From: Candidatus Brockarchaeota archaeon
GTDB taxonomy: Archaea > Thermoproteota > EX4484-205 > JAAOZP01
Length of the DNA stretch: 64,000 nucleotides
Reading direction: 5' to 3'
Assembly: GCA_017601225.1 (NCBI GenBank)
Contig: JAFNIX010000005.1
Span: forward strand, 55,831-119,830
The notes under the pieces are model-generated. The model worked only from the letters and a program-made list of their open reading frames with translations, was not told the DNA's origin and did no database searches. The translations under genes were made by a program, and so were the position numbers. Positions 28,420-37,558 of the stretch are shown here, piece by piece; the stretch's first letter is position 1, and every line of letters begins with the position of its first letter.

Positions 28420-29729
28420 CGGGGATTCTGGGAATCTACCTTTTCGACGAGAAGTGGAATGCCGGGAGCTTCGGAATATACGGGTTGATGGCTCTGCAAC
28501 ACAGGGGTCAGGAGACGGCTGGAATTGAACTCATCGGGCAGGCTAGGCGGAGAGTTTTCGGGAAAGGCTTGGTTGAAGATGTTTTAAGCCACCTTGGTGC
28601 TGAGGGGCATATTTGTGTGGGCGCAGTTTCTCCTTATCCTGTTGAAGCCGAGGAGGATGTCCAGCCTCTCGCCTTCAATGAGAAAGTAACAGTAGCTTTA
28701 GACGGCAGAGTAACTAGGGTTGAAGGATATTCTTGGGATGCTTCGCTAAGCTACGAGGGTAACCTGAGGAAGGCTTTCGCAAGCTTCGCTGGGCCCAGGG
28801 GTGAAATAGAGACTGTTAAAGAGTTTTTCGACAACTGTAGGGGTGGCTTCGCCTACATTGCTGTGAACCATCGGATGGAGATGGTTGCGGGAAGGTGCAG
28901 CCTTGGTGTTAAGCCACTTGTGCTCGGTAAATTCGGGTTTGAAGGCGGGATTGTTGCTTCCGAGAGCTGCGTTATGGATGTTATTGGCGAGAGGGTTCCG
29001 ATAAGCCCTGCGGAGAATATTGAGGCTGGGGACGCGATGGTTTTCACACCCTTCTCAGCACGCTTGGTTAAGGGTGGCGATTCATCAAGCAGGGCCTACT
29101 GCAGCTTTGAATACGTGTATCTGGCTAGGCCTGACTCATATATTAACGATATTCCGATATACAGGGTTAGGAGGAACATAGGCAGGAAGCTTTCTGAGGA
29201 AGACAGGGTTGACGCGGACGTGGTGATAGGTGTTCCTGAGACGGCAATACCCTTCGCGATGGCATACTCTAACGAGACGGGTATACCTATAGAGAAGGGT
29301 TTCGAGCTTACTGGAAGGAGGGTTAGGAGCGCTCTGAGGCCGGATCAGTTTGAAAGGCTCAAAGGTGTTCAGCTTAAGCTGAACGTTATCAGCGAGGCTG
29401 TTAGGGGTAAAAGGGTTATCCTGATTGATGACAGCGTCGTACGGGGAAATACTCTTGCAAACATAGTCTACTTGATGAAGGAGAAGGGCGCTAAGGAGAT
29501 ACATGTCAGAATAGGGAGTCCGCATATTGTTTCACACTGTCCCTTCGGAGTTGAGGTTCCACCTGAGGATGAGCTTATTGGGAGACACTTGTCTGAGGAG
29601 AAGATCGCCGAGGTTGTTGGTGCAGACTCTTTCAAATACCTTAGTGTTGAGAGCTTGATTGAGGCGATCGGCTTGAAGAGGGATGAGCTTTGCCTGGGCT
29701 GCTTTAACTGTGTTTACCCGGAGGTGTAG
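28416..29729 (+). CDS. purF: Amidophosphoribosyltransferase paralog lacking the N-terminal catalytic Cys
   Basis: MTGILG, LQHRGQE, CSFEYVY, IDDSVVRG, CPFG, CLGC. Confidence 0.85.
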   Translation: MTGILGIYLFDEKWNAGSFGIYGLMALQHRGQETAGIELIGQARRRVFGKGLVEDVLSHLGAEGHICVGAVSPYPVEAEEDVQPLAFNEKVTVALDGRVTRVEGYSWDASLSYEGNLRKAFASFAGPRGEIETVKEFFDNCRGGFAYIAVNHRMEMVAGRCSLGVKPLVLGKFGFEGGIVASESCVMDVIGERVPISPAENIEAGDAMVFTPFSARLVKGGDSSSRAYCSFEYVYLARPDSYINDIPIYRVRRNIGRKLSEEDRVDADVVIGVPETAIPFAMAYSNETGIPIEKGFELTGRRVRSALRPDQFERLKGVQLKLNVISEAVRGKRVILIDDSVVRGNTLANIVYLMKEKGAKEIHVRIGSPHIVSHCPFGVEVPPEDELIGRHLSEEKIAEVVGADSFKYLSVESLIEAIGLKRDELCLGCFNCVYPEV

Positions 29730-29733
29730 CTGG

Positions 29734-31215
29734 TTGAAGGTTCTTCTGGTCGGCGGCGGCGGGAGGGAGCACGCGATAGCGGTGGCTTTTGCTAGAAGCA
29801 GCTATTCGCCTAAGCTCTACTGTCTCTCGGAGCTCGTCAACCCAGGTATAAGCAGGATTGTTAAAAACAGTGGTGGCGAATATTACGTTGGGAATCCTAA
29901 TGATCCTGAGATGGTTTTGAAGACTGCTTTAAAGACTGGTGTAGATTTCGTGTTCATAGGTCCCGAGGAGCCCAATTTCCACGGTGTTCCAGACAGCCTT
30001 GAGGAGAAAGGTGTCCCATGCATAGGTGCGAACCGGCAGGTTGCTGAAATAGAATTGTCTAAGGCAAGCATGAGGGATCTGCAGTGGAAATACAGGATTC
30101 CAGGGCGGCTCTGGTATAAGAAGTTCAGAACGTTCGAGGATGCCGCCCCGTATGTTGAAGAGTATGCTGAGAGCGTTGCGCTTAAGCCTGCTAGACAGGT
30201 GGGTGGGAAAGGGGTTAAGGTGATAGAGGACTTCCAGGTCTACTTGAAAGATGAGAAGAGGAAGGTGAAGAAGCAGCATGTCGAATCCATATACAGGGAC
30301 TACATGAAGGATTACGGCGATATGGATTTCAAAATACTGATAGAGGAAAGGGTCTGGGGGCCGGAGTATACGTTGCAATGCTTCACGGACGGTAGGACTA
30401 TAGTGCCTATGCCTGCTGTCCAGGATAATAAGCATGCTTTCGACGGCGACCTTGGTCCTGAAACAGGTGGAATGGGGTCTATATGTTGCGGCATGAATCT
30501 AAAATGGGGTGTTAACGATGAGAGAGCCATACTTACGGAGGAGGAGGTTGAGAAATCCGTTGAAATAGTTAAGATGATGGTTGATGCTATTCAGCTTGAA
30601 ACAGGTAGAAAATATCATGGTGTTGTAGCGGGACAAATGATGTTGACCTCGATATGGGGTCCAACTATAATAGAAATGTACTCTAGGCTCGGCGACCCTG
30701 AGGCTCTGAATGTCTTGGCCGTCCTTAAGACTGACATCGTTGAAATATGTGAAGCGATAATAAGCGAGAGGCTTAACACTGTTAAGGTTGAGTTTGAGGA
30801 TAAGGCCACTGTTGTGAAGGCAGTCTCCCCCCACGGATACCCATTGAGCAGGGATCTTGCAAAGGGCCATCTCGTGCTGGTTCATGATGATGAGGAGGGG
30901 ATTTTCTGGGCTTCAGCGGATTTGAAAAACTCTGGAACCATTAAGAGCGGCGGTTCCAGGCTTGTAGAGTGTCTCGGTGTTGCGGAAACCATACCTGAGG
31001 CAAGCCGAATTGCCGAGAGGCTTACGACGAAGGTTAGCCTTGCGGATGGTTGGGGGCTTTTCCACAGGAGTGATATAGGCTCTGAGAAATCTTTAGAGAG
31101 AAGAATAATGCTTGCTAACATGGCCAGGGAAATATATAAATATAGAGAAAGAAAGGGCATTCTCGGCAAGAGGATGATATGGATGCCTGGAAAAGGATTG
31201 GAGGAGGTTGGTTGA
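29734..31215 (+). CDS. purD: Phosphoribosylamine-glycine ligase
   Basis: KVLLVGGGGREHA, IGPE, GGKGV, QDNK, GPETGGMG, RLGDPE; TTG start after ggaggtg. Confidence 0.93.
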   Translation: MKVLLVGGGGREHAIAVAFARSSYSPKLYCLSELVNPGISRIVKNSGGEYYVGNPNDPEMVLKTALKTGVDFVFIGPEEPNFHGVPDSLEEKGVPCIGANRQVAEIELSKASMRDLQWKYRIPGRLWYKKFRTFEDAAPYVEEYAESVALKPARQVGGKGVKVIEDFQVYLKDEKRKVKKQHVESIYRDYMKDYGDMDFKILIEERVWGPEYTLQCFTDGRTIVPMPAVQDNKHAFDGDLGPETGGMGSICCGMNLKWGVNDERAILTEEEVEKSVEIVKMMVDAIQLETGRKYHGVVAGQMMLTSIWGPTIIEMYSRLGDPEALNVLAVLKTDIVEICEAIISERLNTVKVEFEDKATVVKAVSPHGYPLSRDLAKGHLVLVHDDEEGIFWASADLKNSGTIKSGGSRLVECLGVAETIPEASRIAERLTTKVSLADGWGLFHRSDIGSEKSLERRIMLANMAREIYKYRERKGILGKRMIWMPGKGLEEVG

Positions 31216-31217
31216 AA

Positions 31218-31646
31218 ATGGCTAAGGTTGCTGTCATAGTGGGAAGCAAGTCGGATGAAGAAATCGGTAGAAACATCGTCGGTTTTTTGAAAGACTTCGG
31301 TGTTGACTGCGATTACAAGGTTCTCTCGGCACACCGGAATCCTGATGAGCTGGATGCCTTCGTGAGAAACAGTGATGCCGAGGTGTTTATTGCAGTAGCC
31401 GGTCTTTCAGCAGCTCTTCCAGGGGTTATAGCGTCTAAAACTGTTAGACCTGTGATCGGCGTTCCCAAGGAGGTTAAGCTTGGAGGTCTCGACGCGCTTC
31501 TTTCAATCGTTCAGATGCCTTCAGGCATACCGGTTGCTGCTGTCGGAATAGACAACTGGAAGAATGCTGCGATACTGGCAGTTGAAATACTCTCGCTGAA
31601 GTACCCCAGTCTCGCTGAGAGGCTTATGGCGGAGAGAAGGAAATGA
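31218..31646 (+). CDS. purE: N5-CAIR mutase / AIR carboxylase
   Basis: GSKSD, SAHR, AGLSAALPG, VQMPSGIPVA. Confidence 0.93.
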   Translation: MAKVAVIVGSKSDEEIGRNIVGFLKDFGVDCDYKVLSAHRNPDELDAFVRNSDAEVFIAVAGLSAALPGVIASKTVRPVIGVPKEVKLGGLDALLSIVQMPSGIPVAAVGIDNWKNAAILAVEILSLKYPSLAERLMAERRK

Positions 31647-31885
31647 GACTAAGGGTTGAAGTTAGGCTTAAACCGGGCCATTTCGACCCTGAGGGTGATG
31701 TGACTGCTAAGATGCTAAGGGATCTTGGCTTCCCAGTGACCATGGTTAAAACCGGTAAAGTCTATATCGTTGATGTTGAATCTGACGATCGTGAAGAAGC
31801 TTTAAGGCTTGCAGAGGAGATGTGTAGAAAACTGTTGGCCAACCCTGTTAAGGACGATTACAGCTTAGAGGTGTTACCCACCTGA
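31643..31885 (+). CDS. purS: FGAM synthase subunit PurS
   Basis: DPEG, GK, LLANPV; 80 aa. Confidence 0.92.
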   Translation: MRLRVEVRLKPGHFDPEGDVTAKMLRDLGFPVTMVKTGKVYIVDVESDDREEALRLAEEMCRKLLANPVKDDYSLEVLPT

Positions 31886-34233
31886 AGCCTGGCCTCCTGA
31901 GAAAGCCGTATGGTGATCTAGAGGTTTACGCTATAGATCTTTCTTCGGCAAGCGATGGCGACCTTCTTGAAATAAGCAGGGAAATGGGGCTCGGCATAAG
32001 TCTGGAGAGAATGAGGTATTTAAAACAGTATTTTAAGGAAAGGCCTCCGACAGACGTTGAGCTTCAAATGATTGGTCAAACATGGTCTGAACACTGTTTT
32101 CATAACGTTTTCAAGGGAGACGTTATTACTGATGACGGCCGCTTGATAAACAGTATTTTGAAGACGTATATAATGAGGTCGACTAAGGAGCTGGACAAGG
32201 ACTGGTGTATCTCAGTATTCGAGGACAATGCGGGAATAATAGATTTCGACAAGGGTTATGCTGTAGCTGCAAAGGTTGAGACGCATAATCATCCTTCTGC
32301 AGTGGAGCCTTTCGGAGGGGCAGCAACCGGGGTGGGGGGAGTGATAAGGGATATTCTCGGAGTATGGGGAGAGCCGGTTGCTTTAACGGACGTTTTATGT
32401 TTCGGTCCGTTGGAAACCAGGTATGATGAGCTTCCTCCAGGGGTTAAGCATCCCCGCTACCTATACAGGGGGGTAGTAGCCGGAATAGGCAGCTATGGCA
32501 ATAACATGGGTATCCCAACCGTCTCGGGGGCAGTAATTTTCGACAAGGGTTACACTGGCAATGTGGTTGTTTACTGCGGCTGCATAGGGATTCTTCCCAA
32601 GGATGCTTACGTTAGGAATACTCGCAGGGGTGATCTGGCTGTTCTGGCGGGCGGTAGAACAGGCAGAGATGGTATTCACGGTGTGACGTTCGCATCGGCT
32701 GAGCTCACTGAGGAGGCGGAAGAGTTGAGGTCGGCTGTTCAAATACCGAACCCGATAGTGGAGGAGAGGCTTAGGAGGGCCATTCTAAGGATAAGGGATG
32801 AGAGGCTTGCCACTGGTATAACTGACCTTGGTGGGGGAGGATTATCTTGCGCAGCAGGGGAAATGGCATACAGGTCAAAACTGGGTGTTGACATCGAGTT
32901 GGATATGGTTCCTCTTAAGGCTCCTGACATGGCTCCTTGGGAGATATGGGTTTCAGAATCACAGGAGAGGATGCTTCTCTCAGTGCCGGAGGAAAACCTT
33001 GAAAGAGTCCTAGAGATATTCAGCGAAGAGGATGTTGAGGCAAGCGTCGTTGGAAGATTCGTTGAAACGGGCAGAGTCAGGGTTTTCACGAGGAAAACAG
33101 TCGTATGCGACTTAGACCTAGTTTTCCTATTTAACCCTCCTAAGGTTACTAGGAGGGCAAGAATACCTAGGCTTACGCCAGCTTGGGTCGACTTGAAGGA
33201 GCCTATTGACCTTGCCGGAGAGATTCTGACTCTTCTCTCAGATCCGAACATCAGGAGTAAGGAGGATGTTATCAGAACCTATGATCATGAGGTTAGGGGC
33301 TGCACGGTGGTTAAGCCTCTTCATGGTGAGGAGGCTGGGCCTAGTGACGCTGCGGTGGTAAAGCCCCTGAGGGATTCTTGGACGGGCATAGTAATATCGT
33401 GCGGAGTAAACCCTTTCTACCCCGACCCATACTGGATGGCTGCAGCCTCTATAGAGGAGGCTTTAAGGAATAATGCTGCAGTCGGGGGTAGGAGGGTCGC
33501 AATACTAGACAACTTCGTCTGGGGGAGCCCTGAGAACGAGGATAATATGGGTAGGCTGCTTAAGGCTGTGGAGGCTTGCTACGATTTCTCTAAGGCTTTA
33601 GACACGCCTTTCATCTCCGGCAAGGATAGTCTTTACAACGAGTCGCCGCTGGGCCCGGTGAGGCCAACACTCTTAGTGACAGGCGTAGGAATAATTCCAG
33701 ACATTAGGAACGTGGTTACCATAAGCCTTAAGGAGGAAGGGAGCCGTGTTTACATTATCGGCTCAACCAAGGAGGAGCTGAGGGGCTCAGCATACTTCAG
33801 GCTTAAAGGGGTTGACGGGGGAGAGGTGCCTAAGCTGGATGCGAAACTGTCTAGGAGCCTAATTAATTCTCTAATCCGGGCGGTTGACGAGAAACTCGTA
33901 TTGTCATGCCATGACCTGTCAGAGGGTGGTTTGGGAGTGGCTGCGGCTGAGATGGTCGTTGCATCGAAAAACCTGGGTATAGAGTTAGATCTTGGCAAGG
34001 TCCCCTCAAACACGGCTAGAAGCGACTACGTTCTCTTCTCAGAGTCGACGTCAAGGTTCCTCGTTGAGGTTGATGGAGCCCGGTGGAGAAGGTTTGAAGA
34101 GCTTTTCTCAGGACTACCGTTCAGCATGGTTGGCAGAGTAGCCAGAGGCATTGGGCTGCGCATAATCGATCTCAAGAATGGACTGCATGAGTTAAGCGGG
34201 TCGGAAATCAAGAAAGCCTGGAGGGGTTACTGA
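31882..34233 (+). CDS. purL: FGAM synthase subunit PurL (probable CTG start at 31882; first ATG 31984)
   Basis: WSEHC, KVETHNHPSAVEPFGGAATG, DLGGGG, SESQERM, ISGKDSLYN. Confidence 0.93.
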   Translation: MKPGLLRKPYGDLEVYAIDLSSASDGDLLEISREMGLGISLERMRYLKQYFKERPPTDVELQMIGQTWSEHCFHNVFKGDVITDDGRLINSILKTYIMRSTKELDKDWCISVFEDNAGIIDFDKGYAVAAKVETHNHPSAVEPFGGAATGVGGVIRDILGVWGEPVALTDVLCFGPLETRYDELPPGVKHPRYLYRGVVAGIGSYGNNMGIPTVSGAVIFDKGYTGNVVVYCGCIGILPKDAYVRNTRRGDLAVLAGGRTGRDGIHGVTFASAELTEEAEELRSAVQIPNPIVEERLRRAILRIRDERLATGITDLGGGGLSCAAGEMAYRSKLGVDIELDMVPLKAPDMAPWEIWVSESQERMLLSVPEENLERVLEIFSEEDVEASVVGRFVETGRVRVFTRKTVVCDLDLVFLFNPPKVTRRARIPRLTPAWVDLKEPIDLAGEILTLLSDPNIRSKEDVIRTYDHEVRGCTVVKPLHGEEAGPSDAAVVKPLRDSWTGIVISCGVNPFYPDPYWMAAASIEEALRNNAAVGGRRVAILDNFVWGSPENEDNMGRLLKAVEACYDFSKALDTPFISGKDSLYNESPLGPVRPTLLVTGVGIIPDIRNVVTISLKEEGSRVYIIGSTKEELRGSAYFRLKGVDGGEVPKLDAKLSRSLINSLIRAVDEKLVLSCHDLSEGGLGVAAAEMVVASKNLGIELDLGKVPSNTARSDYVLFSESTSRFLVEVDGARWRRFEELFSGLPFSMVGRVARGIGLRIIDLKNGLHELSGSEIKKAWRGY

Positions 34234-34234
34234 A

Positions 34235-35032
34235 ATGAGCCTCAATGGGTTTAAGGCCTGCGTCCTCAGGACCGGCGGTACGAACTGCGACCTTGAAACA
34301 AGCATTGCTCTCGAGGAAGTAGGCATTAAGGCGGAGATAATCCATATGAATCGGATTGAGAATAAAAGCCTTCTCGACTATCATCTGGTCGTTTTCCCCG
34401 GAGGTTTCTCATACGGAGACTACGTGAGGGCTGGCGCAGTATGGGGTAAAAATGTTCTTGTAAAGCTTAGGATAGAGCTTGAGAGGTTTATAGAGGAGGG
34501 TAGGCTTGTGCTCGGCATCTGCAATGGCTTCCAGGTTCTAGTTGAGGCTGGAATACTGCCTGGCGACGGTGTCAGCGAAACTCCGTCGGCAGCGCTTGCA
34601 AACAATTCTTCAGCAAGGTATGAGTGCAGATGGGTCTGGCTGAGGGTTGAGAATAATGAAACGCCTTTCACCATGATGATGGAGAAAGGTGAAGTTCTCA
34701 GAATACCTGTGGGGCATGCTGAAGGAAGATTCCTCACGCGGTCCGAAAAGGATTTAGAAGAGCTTAAGAAGAATAGACAGATTGTCTTCAGATACGTGCT
34801 TCCAAACGGGGATTGTGCTAATGGCCTATACCCGTTCAATCCTAATGGCTCAACGTATGATGTCGCTGGGATATGTAACAGGAAAGGGAATGTCATGGGA
34901 ATGATGCCTCACCCGGAGAGAGCTTTCTTCGGATGGCAACTAGTAGAGTGGGGTAAAACACCCCCTGAAAGAGGAGATGGGAGGAAGATTTTCGAAAGCA
35001 TTGTTAAATACTTTAGAGAAAGGATTTATTGA
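34235..35032 (+). CDS. purQ: FGAM synthase glutaminase subunit
   Basis: GTNCD, PGGFSYGD, GICNGFQ, HAEG, NPNGS, MMPHPER. Confidence 0.95.
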   Translation: MSLNGFKACVLRTGGTNCDLETSIALEEVGIKAEIIHMNRIENKSLLDYHLVVFPGGFSYGDYVRAGAVWGKNVLVKLRIELERFIEEGRLVLGICNGFQVLVEAGILPGDGVSETPSAALANNSSARYECRWVWLRVENNETPFTMMMEKGEVLRIPVGHAEGRFLTRSEKDLEELKKNRQIVFRYVLPNGDCANGLYPFNPNGSTYDVAGICNRKGNVMGMMPHPERAFFGWQLVEWGKTPPERGDGRKIFESIVKYFRERIY

Positions 35033-35164
35033 CCAGGAATCCAAGTGAGTACACGCTATACATTAGAAGGAAAAGCTTCATAATATTTCTGCCAATAGTT
35101 TTTGAAACATATGGTGGGGAGATGGTTTTTCAATTTTTAAAAATAAACCTTAAATCCCTCGTCT

Positions 35165-35878
35165 TTGAAAAACTCGGATAGTAGGAGCTTGATAATAAAG
35201 GGAATACAGAAACTGAGCCTAATAGATTATCCGGGTAGGGTCGCATGCACACTATTCACGTTTGGCTGCAACTTTCGCTGTCCGTACTGCCATAACCCCG
35301 AGCTGGTTATAGATGATGGAACGCCTCTGATCCCTGAGAGCGATGTGCTTCGCTTCTTGGAAGACAGGAGAGGTTTTCTAGACGGGGTGTGCATAACCGG
35401 TGGAGAGCCCACGCTTCACGATGATCTTCCAAACTTCATTAAGAGGGTTAAGGGTCTCGGATATTCTGTTAAGCTGGATACGAATGGAACAAGCCCTGAA
35501 GTGCTTCGGAGGCTTATAGGGGAAAAGCTTGTAGACTATATTGCTATGGATGTTAAAGCCCCTTTGGAAAAATACGAGAGCGTAGTGAGGGTTAAGGTGG
35601 ATACTAGTAGGATTGCTGAAAGCGTTGAGATAGTTAAGTCTTTCCCAGAGCACGAGTTTAGGACGACAGTCGTCCCAGAGCTTCTTACGAGGGAGGATAT
35701 TTTAGCGATAGCGAGGTGGCTTAAGGGTTCTAGAAGATTTTTCATTCAGCAGTTTAAGCAAACTAAAACCCTTGATAAAATTTTTATGGAAAAACAAGTT
35801 TACTCTGCCGTTGAACTTGAAAAAATACGTGATGAGATAAGATGTTTCTTCGAAGTTTGTAGGATAAGGAATATTTAG
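35165..35878 (+). CDS. nrdG: Anaerobic ribonucleotide reductase activating enzyme (radical SAM)
   Basis: SLIDYPG, GCNFRCPYCHN, ITGGEPT, KLDTNG, EFRTT. Confidence 0.85.
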   Translation: MKNSDSRSLIIKGIQKLSLIDYPGRVACTLFTFGCNFRCPYCHNPELVIDDGTPLIPESDVLRFLEDRRGFLDGVCITGGEPTLHDDLPNFIKRVKGLGYSVKLDTNGTSPEVLRRLIGEKLVDYIAMDVKAPLEKYESVVRVKVDTSRIAESVEIVKSFPEHEFRTTVVPELLTREDILAIARWLKGSRRFFIQQFKQTKTLDKIFMEKQVYSAVELEKIRDEIRCFFEVCRIRNI

Positions 35879-35911
35879 CTAGGTTTACATCCTCTAGAAT
35901 ATACTGAAAAA

Positions 35912-36313
35912 TTACCGTTCGCCTCTTGTTACAAGGCTGAAAGGCCTTCCTTCTTCAAGTATGTGTTTAGGAACCTTTTCAGCATATTTCCTTAAGAAGG
36001 AAAGGTCTTCCTTCGCGTCTCTCAATTCATCGGGAAGAAGTTGGGGAATCTCGTCAACGATTGGATACCACCTGTTACACTTAGAACATATTAGTAAACC
36101 GTTTAGTATCTCTCTTTTCATGCATTTATCGCATACCTCTGCGCTGAGGCCGGCGTCTTTGACTATAGCCCCGTTTAAGCCACAATATAGCTCGCATATT
36201 ATGCTCTCATGCTTAAATCCAATACTTCTTTCTTCTTCTTGAAAAACTATTAGTTTCAGGGGAAAATCCTTATCTATTGGGCAGGCAAGCAGATCCATTA
36301 GCCTATACTTCAT
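35912..36313 (-). CDS. trm112: Trm112 family methyltransferase activator
   Basis: MKYRLMDLLACP...G.L.C..C.RWYPI.DEIP.LLP; start moved to ATG 36313. Confidence 0.85.
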   Translation of the reverse strand: MKYRLMDLLACPIDKDFPLKLIVFQEEERSIGFKHESIICELYCGLNGAIVKDAGLSAEVCDKCMKREILNGLLICSKCNRWYPIVDEIPQLLPDELRDAKEDLSFLRKYAEKVPKHILEEGRPFSLVTRGER

Positions 36314-36404
36314 GATCCTTTTGGGTTTCAGCTCAAAGTTAAAAACGTTACTTAAGCTCTCTATTACAAGCTTTAAAAAGTCCCATAGGGATTTCTCCGG
36401 CGAA

Positions 36405-37553
36405 ATGGGGCAGCAGGGCGGGTTCAAGGTTACTCCTTGGACTGTGGAAGGCGTGGTGGATTACGAGAAGCTCGTGAGAGAGTTTGGAACCGAACCGCTC
36501 ACCCCTCAGCTTAAAGAAAGGCTTGTTAGGCTTGCCGGGGAAGACCATCTTCTCCTGCGACGAGGGGTCTTCTTCTCCCACAGGGATCTTGACAGGGTTT
36601 TAGACGACTATGAGGCTGGGAAAGGCTTCTTCCTCTACACCGGTAGGGGTCCAAGCGGGCCAATGACGCTGGGCCACATAATTCCCTTCTACTTCACTAA
36701 ATGGCTTCAAGACAGGTTTAGGTGCAACGTTTACATCGAGCTGACTGACGACGAGAAGTTCTTGGAGGAAAGCAGGAATCTGACCATTGAGGACGTTAGA
36801 AAATGGTCATATGAGAACGCACTTGACATTGCCGCAGTAGGGTTCGACCCTGACAAGACTTTCATATTCCAAGATATGGAATATGTGCGCAACATGTATC
36901 CTATGGTTCTGAAGATCGCTAAGAAGGTTAATTTCAGCTGGGTTAGGGCTGTTTTCGGCTTCGATGCGAGTACGAACATAGGCATGATCTTCTACCCCGC
37001 CTTCCAAATATGCGTGACCTTCTTCGAGAAGAGACGGTGTCTAATCCCGGCTGCGATAGATCAGGATCCTTATTGGAGGATTCAGAGGGATATTGCTGAG
37101 AGCTTCGGCTACTATAAGACTGCAGCCATCCACTGCAAGTTTCTCCCGCCTTTGACTGGTCCCTCGGGTAAGATGAGCGCCTCTCAGCCGGAGAGCGCCA
37201 TCTATCTTAACGAGGATGAGAAGAGCATACGGAGGAAGATATTTCAAGCGTTTTCCGGAGGACAGCCAACGGTTGAGGAGCACAGGAGGCTTGGCGGAAA
37301 CCCAGATGTGGATGTGCCCTACCAATGGCTCTACTTCTTCTTCGAGGAGGATGATGAGAAGCTTCGTAGGATCAGGGAGGAGTACTCCTCGGGAAGAATG
37401 CTGAGCGGAGAGATAAAGGAGATACTGGTGGAGAAGGTTACGGGTTTTCTTGAGAAGCATACTGCTAGGCGTGAAGACGCGAGGGAAAATCTTAGGCTGA
37501 TGAAGTATGAGGGCAGTCTTGCTAAGGAAATGTGGAGCAAGACTATAGAGTAG
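36405..37553 (+). CDS. trpS: Tryptophan--tRNA ligase (archaeal/eukaryotic type)
   Basis: VTPW, YTGRGPS..MTLGH, DQDPY, KMSAS, AFSGG; start moved to ATG 36405. Confidence 0.95.
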   Translation: MGQQGGFKVTPWTVEGVVDYEKLVREFGTEPLTPQLKERLVRLAGEDHLLLRRGVFFSHRDLDRVLDDYEAGKGFFLYTGRGPSGPMTLGHIIPFYFTKWLQDRFRCNVYIELTDDEKFLEESRNLTIEDVRKWSYENALDIAAVGFDPDKTFIFQDMEYVRNMYPMVLKIAKKVNFSWVRAVFGFDASTNIGMIFYPAFQICVTFFEKRRCLIPAAIDQDPYWRIQRDIAESFGYYKTAAIHCKFLPPLTGPSGKMSASQPESAIYLNEDEKSIRRKIFQAFSGGQPTVEEHRRLGGNPDVDVPYQWLYFFFEEDDEKLRRIREEYSSGRMLSGEIKEILVEKVTGFLEKHTARREDARENLRLMKYEGSLAKEMWSKTIE

Positions 37554-37558
37554 ATGCT

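Noticed and set aside
36312..36427. Apparent head-to-head overlap of trpS and trm112 in the ORF track
   Set aside because: Conserved N-termini begin at 36405 and 36313, leaving an ordinary divergent gap
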